From assembly GCA_041752695.1 (NCBI GenBank), contig JBGSVZ010000031.1, positions 32,001 to 96,000 of the forward strand: a DNA stretch of 64,000 bases, written 5' to 3'. The notes under the pieces are model-generated. The model did not search any database. It had not been told where the DNA came from and saw only the letters and a list, made by a program, of their open reading frames with translations. Source of the stretch: Terrimicrobiaceae bacterium. Its GTDB lineage: Bacteria > Verrucomicrobiota > Verrucomicrobiia > Chthoniobacterales > Terrimicrobiaceae. Positions 40,068-49,313 of this stretch are shown here, piece after piece. The position numbers were made by a program, and so were the translations under genes. The stretch's first letter is position 1. Every line of letters starts with the position of its first letter.

Positions 40068-41934
40068 CCTCGTAAACGCGGTCGGGAGGGAGTTGGAAAA
40101 AGTCCGCGGCATTCTCGGAATGTTTGCTGAGGAAAACGAAGATGTGTTCGCGCCACTCGGCCATGCCGCCCTTGCCGGTCACGACAATGCGTTCCCTGCC
40201 CACAAAAAACGTCGTCCGCTCGGCCTGGAGCGGCAGGCCGGCCACGTCCGCCGCGCGAATGACCTCGTCGATGTGGGGGGTTTCCATGAACCCGAAACTG
40301 GCGGTGACGCGAAAAAATCCCTCCGTGCGGTCGTCGATCTGCACGCGCTCGTCCGGCGGCACGTGGGGCCGACTATAATCCGTGGTGATGGTGAGCAGGA
40401 TGTTGCGCTGATGGAGGATCTGGTTGTGTTTGATGTTTTTGACCAGCGCGTTCGGGGTGCCCTCCGGATTGCCGGCGAGGAAGATGGCCGTTCCGTGGCT
40501 GCGGTGGAGCTTGTTTTGCTCGTCGAGCGCGCCGGCGATGTTGATCGAGGCAATGAAGTCGTCCAGGGCCATACCAGTGGGAAGTTGTTTCCGGAGCAGG
40601 GTACGGCCGTCTTTCCAGGTGATCATTACGACGAAGACGACCGCACCAAACACGAGCGGAAACCAACCTCCGTTAAGAATCTTGAGAGAATTCGCAGCGA
40701 AAAAGATGGCCTCGACTGAACCGAACGCCAAACAAATCGCGCCCGCACGAAGGCGGCTCCAATTCCACAATCGCCGCGCGGCAAAGTAAAAAATGAAAGT
40801 GGTCGAAAGCATCGTCAACGTCACCGCGATCCCATACGCGCTGGCCAGTGCCGAGCTGCTGCCAAAGCCGATCACGAGAGCCGCACACCCGAGGCCAAGC
40901 ATGACGTTGATCTTCGGGATATAAATCTGACCACGCTCGTTCTGCGAGGTGTGACGGATCTCCATTCGCGGGATGTAGCCCATCTGAATGCCTTGCATCG
41001 TCAACGAGAAAACACCGGAAATGAGCGCTTGTGAGGCGATCACCGTCGCGGCCATCGCGAGAAAAACTAGTGGGTAAAGCATCCAGTCGGGTCCCATGTT
41101 AAAGAACGGATTTTTGCGAGCCTCTGGATGAGACAGTACGAGAGCTCCCTGACCCAGGTAGTTGAGCATCAGCGCGGGACACACCAAAAAACTCCATGCA
41201 CGCACCATGGCCGGGCGGCCAAAGTGCCCAAGGTCTGCATAGAGCGCCTCTCCTCCCGTCACGACAAGAAAAACACTCCCCATGATCACAAGGCTCATGA
41301 CGCCGTGGTGGGTCAGGAAGTGAATTGCCTCAAGGGGATTTAACGCCCACATCACCGTCGGATTGTGTGCAATCTGGTAAATTCCGAGCACCGCCAAAAC
41401 GCTGAACCACACAAGCATGATTCTCCCAAACCATTTTCCAACTTCCCCTGTTCCCTTGGATTGCACCGCAAAGAGGCCGGCGAGGATTCCCAGGGTAAGA
41501 GGAATGATGAATGGCTTGACCTTGTCCGTCGCGATGAGAAGGCCCTCAACGGCAGAGATCACCGAAATCGCTGGCGTGATTACGCCATCCCCATAAAGCA
41601 GCGCGGCACCGGCGATTCCGACCGCGATCATCCCGGTGGCGGAAAGGCCCGCGCCCTTCGCGTTCTTCGGGAAGGCCAGCGAAAGAAGCGCGAGGATGCC
41701 CCCCTCCCCCTGGTTGTCGGCCCGCGTGACAATCGCAATGTACTTGATCGAGACGAGTAGAGTCAGACTCCAGATGATGAGCGAGAGAACCCCGACAATC
41801 TCCTTGTCCGTGTCCAGACCATGGTGCAGGCATTCTTTGAACGCGTAGAGCACACTCGTTCCGATATCGCCATAGACGACACCGAGAGCGCCAATGGAAA
41901 GGGCAATGGAGGAGGACTTTTGGGTCTCTTGCAT
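40045..41934 (-). CDS. kup: Potassium transporter Kup
   Basis: GVVYGDIGTS, ADNQGEGG, GDGVITPAISV, GGEALYADLGHF. Confidence 0.96.
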   Translation of the reverse strand: MQETQKSSSIALSIGALGVVYGDIGTSVLYAFKECLHHGLDTDKEIVGVLSLIIWSLTLLVSIKYIAIVTRADNQGEGGILALLSLAFPKNAKGAGLSATGMIAVGIAGAALLYGDGVITPAISVISAVEGLLIATDKVKPFIIPLTLGILAGLFAVQSKGTGEVGKWFGRIMLVWFSVLAVLGIYQIAHNPTVMWALNPLEAIHFLTHHGVMSLVIMGSVFLVVTGGEALYADLGHFGRPAMVRAWSFLVCPALMLNYLGQGALVLSHPEARKNPFFNMGPDWMLYPLVFLAMAATVIASQALISGVFSLTMQGIQMGYIPRMEIRHTSQNERGQIYIPKINVMLGLGCAALVIGFGSSSALASAYGIAVTLTMLSTTFIFYFAARRLWNWSRLRAGAICLAFGSVEAIFFAANSLKILNGGWFPLVFGAVVFVVMITWKDGRTLLRKQLPTGMALDDFIASINIAGALDEQNKLHRSHGTAIFLAGNPEGTPNALVKNIKHNQILHQRNILLTITTDYSRPHVPPDERVQIDDRTEGFFRVTASFGFMETPHIDEVIRAADVAGLPLQAERTTFFVGRERIVVTGKGGMAEWREHIFVFLSKHSENAADFFQLPPDRVYEVSQVVEI

Positions 41935-42045
41935 GTGTGGGCGGTAGGCTGAAGGAAGGGAATGGTGCCCGCAACTCTTTCGTTTGCGAATGGCAGGGAG
42001 ATTTGTCCTCGATCCTCCCACAGTTCCCGTTGAAGACAACACGCC

Positions 42046-42684
42046 CTACCTGCGGGTCAGGGTCAGCCGGGGGAGTTCGCTCGCAAAAATCTCGGCGAGC
42101 AGGGTGGCGGTTTCGCGGACGCGCACCGGTTTGCCGATCTCCTGTTCGAGGCAGGTCATTTCGACGCCGGCGATGCCACAGGGCGTGATGTGGGAGAACG
42201 CTGCGAGCGAGGTGCTCTCCACATTCAGGGCGAGCCCGTGCATGGCGACCCACCGGCGCACTCCGACCCCGAGGGATGCGAGTTTTTTTTCCCCAACCCA
42301 GACTCCCGTAAGTCCCTCCCGGCGCGCGGCGGTGACATCGTGGCGCTGGCAGGTCAGGATGATCACCTCCTCCAGAAATCGCATATAAGCGTGCAGGTCG
42401 CGTCCGCGGTTTTGCAGATCCAAAATGGGATAAACCACGAGCTGTCCCGGACCATGCCAGGTGGCCTGACCGCCCCGGTTGGTTTCCACGACGGGATGGG
42501 GGAGGGTGTCCGGTTCGCGGAGGCTGGATTGGTCGCGGGTGCGGCCGATGGTATAGACCGGTTCGTGTTCCAGGAGAAGGATGCGCTCCGTGCCCGTTCC
42601 CGCGAGGTATTCCGCGACGAGGCGATTTTGTTTTTCCAGCCCTGCTTCGTAAGAAATGCGGCCCAGCCATTCGGTTTCGATCAT
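42046..42684 (-). CDS. lipB: Octanoyltransferase
   Basis: LEHEPVYTIG, RGGQATWHGPGQLVVYP, HGLALNV, ITPCG. Confidence 0.96.
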   Translation of the reverse strand: MIETEWLGRISYEAGLEKQNRLVAEYLAGTGTERILLLEHEPVYTIGRTRDQSSLREPDTLPHPVVETNRGGQATWHGPGQLVVYPILDLQNRGRDLHAYMRFLEEVIILTCQRHDVTAARREGLTGVWVGEKKLASLGVGVRRWVAMHGLALNVESTSLAAFSHITPCGIAGVEMTCLEQEIGKPVRVRETATLLAEIFASELPRLTLTRR

Positions 42685-42687
42685 CGG

Positions 42688-43200
42688 CTAGATGGGCTCG
42701 AGAGGGACACGCTTGAGCCTGGCGGCGTCGGCGGATTGAAAATGGGTGAGGCCAATGGCGATGGCGTCGGCGGCGTCGGCGGGTGGGGTTTCCGTGAGTC
42801 CGAGCAGCGCGCGAACCATGAAAGCCACCTGGGTTTTATCGGCCGCGCCCCGGCCCACCACAGCCTGTTTGACCCGGCGGGGCGCGTATTCATAGACAGG
42901 AAGACCGGATTCGGCGGCGGCGAGAATGGCGGCGCCCCGCGCCGCTCCGAGGGTGATGGCCGTCTGGTAACTTTGCACAAAAATCACTCCTTCCACCGCC
43001 ATGCTCTGCGGTTCGTATTTTTGAATGAGAGAACGGAGATGATCACGAACGGCCAATAGGCACGACGAGGGACGCAGGGCGGGTTTGTTTCGGATGGCGC
43101 CGTATTCGCGGCAAATCACCTTGCCACCCTGCCGCGACAACACGGCGTATCCGGTGCTGCGGAGAGAGGGATCGACGGCGACAAGTGTTTCAAGCGACAT
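42688..43200 (-). CDS. ruvC: Holliday junction resolvase
   Basis: Start MSLETLVAVDPS; AVEGVIF, LGAARG, VKQAVVGRGAADKTQV, DAADAIAIG. Confidence 0.93.
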   Translation of the reverse strand: MSLETLVAVDPSLRSTGYAVLSRQGGKVICREYGAIRNKPALRPSSCLLAVRDHLRSLIQKYEPQSMAVEGVIFVQSYQTAITLGAARGAAILAAAESGLPVYEYAPRRVKQAVVGRGAADKTQVAFMVRALLGLTETPPADAADAIAIGLTHFQSADAARLKRVPLEPI

Positions 43201-44122
43201 GCAACTCCCCCACCTTGGCCAAAACTTCCCCGACTTCCAAACGCGAAAGATCGCCTTCGGGCGCACGGAGGACTGTGGTCTGCGGGTTCGCCGGCGCCCA
43301 AACATCGGGATCGGTCGGCCCGAAAAGCAGCAAACACCGGGCTCCCGAAGCGGCGGCGAGGTGGGAGATCCCGCTGTCGTGCCCAATAAAAAGATCACAC
43401 AGGGAAAGGACCGCGCCGAGTTCGGGCAGGGGCAGGCTTTCCAGAAATGATGTTCTTTCACCGGCTATGTCACGAAAGGCCGCCAGTGGTGTCGAATCAC
43501 TTTCGCCTCCGACGATGAGGAAATGCGCGGTCGGATATTGCGTCTGTAAGGCCTGGAAAAGCTCCGCCCAAGATTCCAGGGGCCAGTTCTTCCGCTCTCC
43601 GCCGCTGCCCGGATGCAGAGCCAGCCGGGGCCCGGATTGGTTGCCAACATGGCGTTGGGCGGCTTCCTGATCCTCCGGGGACGGAAAAAACGCCGCCGCC
43701 GGATCCTCCAGCCAGAGAGCCAGTTGCTCCAGGGGACGGGCTAGTTGTTTCGCGGCGTGGGTGTCGTCGTGGAGCTTCGGCGATCCCATGATGAGGTTTT
43801 TTACCCCGGCCTTGCGCAGACAGGTTTCGAACAGCCCGTCCGGGTCGTAGATGTAGCTGATCACCTGTTGAAACCCGGCGAAATAGGCGCTCAGCTCGCG
43901 GTCCAGGTCCGCTTTTGGATTAAAAAACCCCGCCAGGGGCCCGTATTCAATGGAACGGGTGGCGTCCGCGTAAAACCGGCCTTCCGCCAAGGCCGTTATG
44001 TGGCGATACCCCAGAATCTCCAGATGGCAGTCGGGAAAATTCTCCCGGACGAGACGGATAGCCGGAAGAGTCAGAATAAAATCCCCGATGGCACCCCCGC
44101 GGATGATCAGGATGCGGGACAT
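43190..44122 (-). CDS. GT9 glycosyltransferase (LPS heptosyltransferase-like)
   Basis: ILIIRGGAIGDFIL, HPGSGGERKNW, GHDSGISHLAAA, LFGPT. Confidence 0.92.
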   Translation of the reverse strand: MSRILIIRGGAIGDFILTLPAIRLVRENFPDCHLEILGYRHITALAEGRFYADATRSIEYGPLAGFFNPKADLDRELSAYFAGFQQVISYIYDPDGLFETCLRKAGVKNLIMGSPKLHDDTHAAKQLARPLEQLALWLEDPAAAFFPSPEDQEAAQRHVGNQSGPRLALHPGSGGERKNWPLESWAELFQALQTQYPTAHFLIVGGESDSTPLAAFRDIAGERTSFLESLPLPELGAVLSLCDLFIGHDSGISHLAAASGARCLLLFGPTDPDVWAPANPQTTVLRAPEGDLSRLEVGEVLAKVGELHVA

Positions 44123-44125
44123 GGG

Positions 44126-44227
44126 GAGATGGAAGATGGAAGATGTTTGATGTGCGATGTCGAAAGTTTCCCGCGCTGCGCGCGACATTCTTTTAAATCT
44201 TACATCTCAAATCAAACATCAAACATC
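44126..44227. repeat. Heptamer-arm palindromic repeat element, copy 1
   Basis: GATGGAA GATGGAA GATGTTT GATGTGC GATGTCG / core cccgcgctgcgcgcgac / ATCTTAC ATCTCAA ATCAAAC ATCAAAC ATC. Confidence 0.75.
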
Positions 44228-44228
44228 C

Positions 44229-44417
44229 CTAGTATCCCCCTTGAGCGGAAGACATCTGGGAGCCGAGGACGCCTGGGCCTTCCCACTTTTCCGGACGGTT
44301 CCAGGGAACGGTGCCGCCCGCTTCGTGCGTGGTGCGAGCCTCTTCGGTATTCTCCGCGCAGGAGCCAAGGAAAGTCACGCAGAGCGCGCCGATGGAAAGG
44401 AAAACCAGTCGGCGCAT
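44229..44417 (-). CDS. Small lipoprotein (62 aa)
   Basis: MRRLVFLSIGALCVTFLGS|C lipobox; PWNRPEKWEG motif. Confidence 0.75.
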   Translation of the reverse strand: MRRLVFLSIGALCVTFLGSCAENTEEARTTHEAGGTVPWNRPEKWEGPGVLGSQMSSAQGGY

Positions 44418-44424
44418 GAGAGGA

Positions 44425-45210
44425 TTATTCCTCGTTACCTTGGAAGATAACATTGTCGCCGGGAGTGATCGTCGTGCCCTGTGGCATGCTGTTGGCGACG
44501 ATGTCGGCGATCGAGGTCGAAGGTTCGACCGAAGTGACACGGACCTTGCCGAGGTACCGGGTGCCGCGTTTGACGAGGAGCTCAGCGTTGTTGACGACGC
44601 CCTGCTTATCACCGAGGTTCAAGACCACAAAATTCCAAGCGGGATTCACCGCGAGCACGCGGCCTTCCGTGCCTTTTTTCATCGTCTTTTCGAGACGCAT
44701 CTTTTTCTCGTCATCCGCCTGCTTCACCGCAACCTTGGTGGAATCGAGCTGGGATTGGAGGCTTTGGATGAGCGTTTCCTGTTCCTGCAACTTAGCGAGA
44801 GTTTCGGCATCAGGTCCGGCGGCCGGTGCTGTCCCCGGAGTTGCACTGGCGTCGGCAACTTGCTTCTTCAAAGTCTCATTTTCCGCCTGAGCCTGGGCCA
44901 GAGCGGATTCTGCGGTGGTCGCCTTTGTGGTGGCTTCCGAGAGGGATGCCGTGGCCTTATCGAGATCAGATTTGGCTTGGGAAGCTTGAGCGACAGCCTG
45001 CTCCTTTTCCGCAACGGCAGTGGTCAGTTCGTCCGATTTGGTTTTGAGAGATTTTTCCGCAACGGAGGCTTTTTGCTCGGCGGCTTGCTTGCCGGATTCG
45101 GCAGTGGCGAGACTTTCTTTCGTCTCTCCCAGCTTACCTTTGTTGACAAATCCCAGACCTGCGGTGGCAAGGCTGATGGCGACTGAAGCGAAAACAAGAA
45201 TTTTTCCCAT
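44425..45210 (-). CDS. Membrane-anchored coiled-coil protein with C-terminal beta domain (FlgT_C-like)
   Basis: N-terminal TM, long Ala/Lys/Glu coiled coil, GRVLAVNPAWNFVVLNLG...GKVRVTSV. Confidence 0.7.
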   Translation of the reverse strand: MGKILVFASVAISLATAGLGFVNKGKLGETKESLATAESGKQAAEQKASVAEKSLKTKSDELTTAVAEKEQAVAQASQAKSDLDKATASLSEATTKATTAESALAQAQAENETLKKQVADASATPGTAPAAGPDAETLAKLQEQETLIQSLQSQLDSTKVAVKQADDEKKMRLEKTMKKGTEGRVLAVNPAWNFVVLNLGDKQGVVNNAELLVKRGTRYLGKVRVTSVEPSTSIADIVANSMPQGTTITPGDNVIFQGNEE

Positions 45211-45330
45211 ATCTGGAGGCGGTGGTTAATGCAGCGAGGAAGTTGTTAACAAACGTCAGGCGGTTCCGCAAGGGGCAAAATGAGAATTATTTCCGTTTGC
45301 CAGCCCCGTCGGGACGTATAGTTTCCTCCT

Positions 45331-45422
45331 TGCCAGGGACTATGGACTGCGAACGGGAGAACCCCGCCAGGGCAGGAATGCAGCAACGGTATCTTGCTTT
45401 GCTTTGCCGTAGCTCTCTGGCA
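45331..45422 (+). ncRNA. ffs: Signal recognition particle (4.5S) RNA
   Basis: GAACCCCGCCAGG-GCAGGAATGC-AGCAACGGTA domain-IV core; terminal stem TGCCAGGGA/TCTCTGGCA, T tail, upstream TATAGT. Confidence 0.88.
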
Positions 45423-45447
45423 CTTTTTTTGCCCTGACGGGCAAAAT

Positions 45448-45544
45448 ATGTAGGATGTTCGATGTCAGATGTTTGATTTGGAAAAACGCCGCGCGGAGCG
45501 CGGGTAGCTGGAAATCGCACATCGCACTTCTTACATCATACATC
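45448..45544. repeat. Heptamer-arm palindromic repeat element, copy 2 (inverted relative to copy 1)
   Basis: Reverse complement reads gatgtgcgat...cccgcgctccgcgcggcgtttttccaaatcaaacatctgacatcgaacatc, aligning to copy 1. Confidence 0.75.
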
Positions 45545-45602
45545 CGCGGCGGCTCCGCCCGCCGCCTTGACTCTCCGGCTTGGGGATTTACTCTCGTGGC
45601 CG

Positions 45603-46085
45603 ATGGAAGCCAATGTATTGGAACGTGTGCGGGACAGCCTGCAGGAATTTCTCTCCGGGAGGGGACTGCGGCGGACCGTTCAGCGTGAGGCCATCATTGA
45701 AGCGGCCTTTGGCACCAACGAACATTTTTCCGCGGAAGAGCTTCTTCTCATGGCCCGGAAAATCGAGCGCTCGGTCTCGCGGGCAACGGTTTATCGAACC
45801 CTGCCTCTGCTCGTGGAAAGCGGCCTGCTGCGGGAATTGGATCTCGGATCGGATACCAAGGTGTATGACCCGAACTTCGTCGAACACCCCACGCACAACC
45901 ATCTGATTTGCGTGGACTGCAACAAGATCATCGAATTTGAGGATATTAACATGGAACTGCTGGAAAATTGCATCACCCGCCGCCTCGGGTTTTCCCCCGC
46001 GAGCAAGGCGGTGACGATCGAAGGTCACTGCGACGAGTTGAAGGCCAAGGGGACGTGTGACCGCAAAAAATTGACGAAGGAATAA
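45603..46085 (+). CDS. fur: Fur-family transcriptional regulator
   Basis: LRRTVQREAI, HFSAEEL, SRATVYRTL, HNHLICVDC. Confidence 0.9.
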   Translation: MEANVLERVRDSLQEFLSGRGLRRTVQREAIIEAAFGTNEHFSAEELLLMARKIERSVSRATVYRTLPLLVESGLLRELDLGSDTKVYDPNFVEHPTHNHLICVDCNKIIEFEDINMELLENCITRRLGFSPASKAVTIEGHCDELKAKGTCDRKKLTKE

Positions 46086-46130
46086 CGATGACGCCCGAAT
46101 TCCTCAGTCTCTCCCTTCGTCCTTTTTAAC

Positions 46131-47498
46131 ATGTGGAAGGGCCGATTTAAGCAGGCGCAATCCGACCTGCTCAAAAGCTACAGCGAATCCGTCTCCTTCG
46201 ACTGGCGGATGTACCGTCAGGATATTCGCGGCAGCATCGCTCATGCCCGCGCGCTGAAATTGGCGGGGATTCTCACGGCCGTGGAGTTTTCCAAGATCCA
46301 GCGTGGGCTAACCGCGATTGAGAAAGAAATCACGGCCGGCGAATTCGTCTGGGATCCCGATTTGGAGGATGTTCACATGAACATCGAGGCGGAATTGACC
46401 CGCCGCATCGGAGCTCCTGGCGCCCGGCTGCACACGGCACGGAGCCGGAACGATCAGGTGGCACTCGATTTGCGGCTGTATTTGCGGGATGAAATTGACG
46501 CCCTTGGTGGTCTGGTGCGCGGCTTTCAGAAGGCGCTTACCGGGCTTGCCGCGCGGCATCAGGACGCGGTGATGCCGGGCTACACGCACCTGCAACGGGC
46601 GCAGCCGGTTTTTGTCGCCCACCACCTGCTCGCCTATGTGGAAATGGCCGATCGCGATTATGGCCGGTTGATGGACTGCCGGAAGCGGTTCGACGAATGT
46701 CCGCTGGGATCGGGGGCCATTGCGGGGTCCACCATCGTTCTGGACCGCGTCGCCATTGCGAAGGAACTCGGGTTTTCCCGGGTGACCCAAAATAGCATGG
46801 ACGCTGTGTCGGACCGGGATTTTGCCATCGAATTGCTTTCCGCTCTGGCCGTGCTCGGCATGCACCTTTCGCGGCTGAGCGAGGACATTATCTTGTGGGC
46901 CTCGGCGGAGTTCGGGTTCATCGAGTTGAGCGACCGGCACACCACCGGGTCGAGCCTGATGCCGCAGAAAAAAAACCCCGACATCGCCGAACTCACCCGC
47001 GGGAAAACCGGCCGCCTCTACGGCAACCTCACCACGCTGCTCACGCTGATGAAGGGTCTGCCGCTGACCTACAATCGCGACATGCAGGAGGACAAGGAGG
47101 CGATTTTCGATTCGGTGGACACTGCCAAGGCCGCGCTGGCTATTTTTGCGGAAATGATGGACGCCGCGGCGTTCCGGGAAAGTGTGACCGCCAAGGCCAC
47201 AACCGATCCCAATCTTCTCGCCACCGACCTCGCCGACCGGTTGGTGCTAGGCGGAGTGCCGTTTCGTCAGGCCCATGAAATCGTGGGTAAACTGGTCGCC
47301 CTGGCGGCAAAACGAGGCGTTCCCTTGCACCGACTCGAGCCGGAGGAATACCGCGATGCCTCGCCAGTTTTGCAGCCGGCGGTGATCACGGCCACCTTCA
47401 ATGTGGCGACCGGCCTTGCGGCGCGTCAGGCTCCGGGGGCCCCCTCGGCGAAAAACGTGGCCCGACGCCTCGCCTACTGGAAAAAGCGCCTGGCATGA
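46131..47498 (+). CDS. argH: Argininosuccinate lyase
   Basis: MWKGRF, EDVHMNIE, RSRNDQ, MPGYTHLQRAQP, GSSLMPQKKNPD. Confidence 0.98.
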   Translation: MWKGRFKQAQSDLLKSYSESVSFDWRMYRQDIRGSIAHARALKLAGILTAVEFSKIQRGLTAIEKEITAGEFVWDPDLEDVHMNIEAELTRRIGAPGARLHTARSRNDQVALDLRLYLRDEIDALGGLVRGFQKALTGLAARHQDAVMPGYTHLQRAQPVFVAHHLLAYVEMADRDYGRLMDCRKRFDECPLGSGAIAGSTIVLDRVAIAKELGFSRVTQNSMDAVSDRDFAIELLSALAVLGMHLSRLSEDIILWASAEFGFIELSDRHTTGSSLMPQKKNPDIAELTRGKTGRLYGNLTTLLTLMKGLPLTYNRDMQEDKEAIFDSVDTAKAALAIFAEMMDAAAFRESVTAKATTDPNLLATDLADRLVLGGVPFRQAHEIVGKLVALAAKRGVPLHRLEPEEYRDASPVLQPAVITATFNVATGLAARQAPGAPSAKNVARRLAYWKKRLA

Positions 47499-47575
47499 GC
47501 GAACAGGAACCGCCGGGCTGGCGGGTGCTCGGCCGCGAAATGCTTTGCTCGAAAACGTAGGTTTTACCTGGGCAA

Positions 47576-47612
47576 TTGACATTTTACCCCTCTGGGTGTC
47601 AAATGGGTGTCA
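47576..47612 (+). promoter_or_regulatory. Integrase arm-type repeats / promoter
   Basis: Direct repeat TGGGTGTCA x2 (47593, 47604) and inverted TTGACA...TGTCAA just upstream of int. Confidence 0.55.
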
Positions 47613-47629
47613 GAAATCGAGGCTAAAAC

Positions 47630-48922
47630 ATGAAATCCGGGCTGAAAAGTGATAATGAACGTGGTCCAGTGGAGGTGGTGGAAAGCCGGGGGGTCAGGAT
47701 CCCGATCTATCTCAATCCCCGCCGTGGCAAGGACAGTTATCTGGTCACCTATTTCGCCAAAGGCGCGCGAAAAAGAGAGCGGGTTTCCAATCTCACCGAC
47801 GCTCGGAAAAGGGCGAAAGCCCTGGTCCCCGAACTTCTGGACGGCAAGGTGCATGTGGCTTCATTTTCGCTCAAGCAGACGACGGCCATCATGGATGCCG
47901 TGGAAATCATCCGGCCCTACAACGTCAGTATCACCGAGGCGGCGCGGCAGTTCGCCGAGGCTCGCCGAATTTTGGGCGACGATTCGCTGCTTCAGGCCGC
48001 CGAGTTTTTCGCGAAACATCGGGCACAGGAACAACGTCGTGGCGCTCTCCAATCAGCCGCCTTTCCCGACTTGGTGACAAAATACCTGGAGGCCATCGAG
48101 GGGAAGAAATCCAAGCGCTACGTGGAGGATATGACCTCGCGCCTGAAACGCGCCGCCAAGGCGTTTCGCGGCCAGATCCGGGATATCCGGGCTGAAGACA
48201 TCGACACATGGATCTGCGGTATGGACGACACCGGCAATCGGACCCGGAACAATTACCGGATGGCCATGGTAACGCTATTTTCCTACGCCCGGGACAAAAA
48301 CTACCTTCCACGGGGAGAACAGACCGAGGCGGAGTTTGTCACTCGGTATGACGACAAGCGGGCTGGTGTCATTGGCATCTACACTCCGAACGAGTTCGCG
48401 GCGTTGCTGAAATATGTCGATCAGCGGTTCCTGCCCTTCGTGGCACTCGGCGGCCTTGCTGGCCTGCGGAGCATCGAGATTCTGCGCCTGGAATGGAAAG
48501 ACGTCTGGTTCGCCAAAGGCTACATCGAGGTGGGGAAGGACAAATCCAAGACCGCCACAAGGCGATTGGCACCGATTTGCCCCGCCCTGCAGGAATGGCT
48601 CAAACCGTTCGCCAAGGAGGAGGGGCCGGTCCTGCCGGGGATTCGTGACGAAATCCATTTCGGAAAGCTTTTCCGCGCCTCCAAGCACGCTTTGAATGAC
48701 GCAAAGGGGAAACCTCGTGTAAAAGTCGTCCACAACGGGCTGCGGCACTCGTTCTGCTCCTATCGGATGGCGGAAACGAAAAGTGCGGCCCAAGTCGCTC
48801 TCGAAGCCGGAAACAGCCCCAAGATGTTGTTCGAGCACTACCGCGAACTGGTCACCGCGGAGGAAGCCTCTGAGTGGTTTTCGCTCACGCCAGCCGCGGT
48901 GGGTCGCGTTCTCTCGCCTTGA
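47630..48922 (+). CDS. Tyrosine recombinase/integrase
   Basis: AGLRSIEILRL (R), KSKT (K), HNGLRHSF (HxxR), GNS...HY (Y). Confidence 0.95.
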   Translation: MKSGLKSDNERGPVEVVESRGVRIPIYLNPRRGKDSYLVTYFAKGARKRERVSNLTDARKRAKALVPELLDGKVHVASFSLKQTTAIMDAVEIIRPYNVSITEAARQFAEARRILGDDSLLQAAEFFAKHRAQEQRRGALQSAAFPDLVTKYLEAIEGKKSKRYVEDMTSRLKRAAKAFRGQIRDIRAEDIDTWICGMDDTGNRTRNNYRMAMVTLFSYARDKNYLPRGEQTEAEFVTRYDDKRAGVIGIYTPNEFAALLKYVDQRFLPFVALGGLAGLRSIEILRLEWKDVWFAKGYIEVGKDKSKTATRRLAPICPALQEWLKPFAKEEGPVLPGIRDEIHFGKLFRASKHALNDAKGKPRVKVVHNGLRHSFCSYRMAETKSAAQVALEAGNSPKMLFEHYRELVTAEEASEWFSLTPAAVGRVLSP

Positions 48923-48963
48923 GACGTTCGAACGTTCTCTCTAGGCGGCCTGCTTTAAGGAAA

Positions 48964-48981
48964 ATATAATTGTCATTATAT
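48964..48981. promoter_or_regulatory. Putative HipB-type operator overlapping the -10
   Basis: Perfect inverted repeat ATATAAT-tgtc-ATTATAT containing TATAAT. Confidence 0.55.
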
Positions 48982-49007
48982 GCCGGAAAATGGTAGGAAG
49001 GAGAAAT

Positions 49008-49313
49008 ATGATTTCTGTTCTTGGAGAAACAGAGGCGATGAAAAAGCTCGGTTCTCGTCTCCGAGGGGAGCGACTGCGCCGTAATCTGACGCAAGATTAT
49101 CTTGCTGAGATGGTCGGCGTCACCCTGCCGACGTATCGGAAGATCGAGAAAGGTGACGGAACGGTGGAATTCCGGCACGTGGCCCGTGCCCTCGGAGTCT
49201 TGGGATACAGCGACGCCCTCGGGGAAATCATCGCAGAGTCCCAGCCTGAAGTCCGGCTCAAGGACCTCCTGGCGGCCGAACGAAAACACGCTTCGCCCCG
49301 CCAAAATCGATAA
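49008..49313 (+). CDS. XRE/HipB-like antitoxin
   Basis: LRGERLRRNLTQDYLAEMVGVTLPTYRKIEKG HTH; directly upstream of HipA. Confidence 0.85.
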   Translation: MISVLGETEAMKKLGSRLRGERLRRNLTQDYLAEMVGVTLPTYRKIEKGDGTVEFRHVARALGVLGYSDALGEIIAESQPEVRLKDLLAAERKHASPRQNR

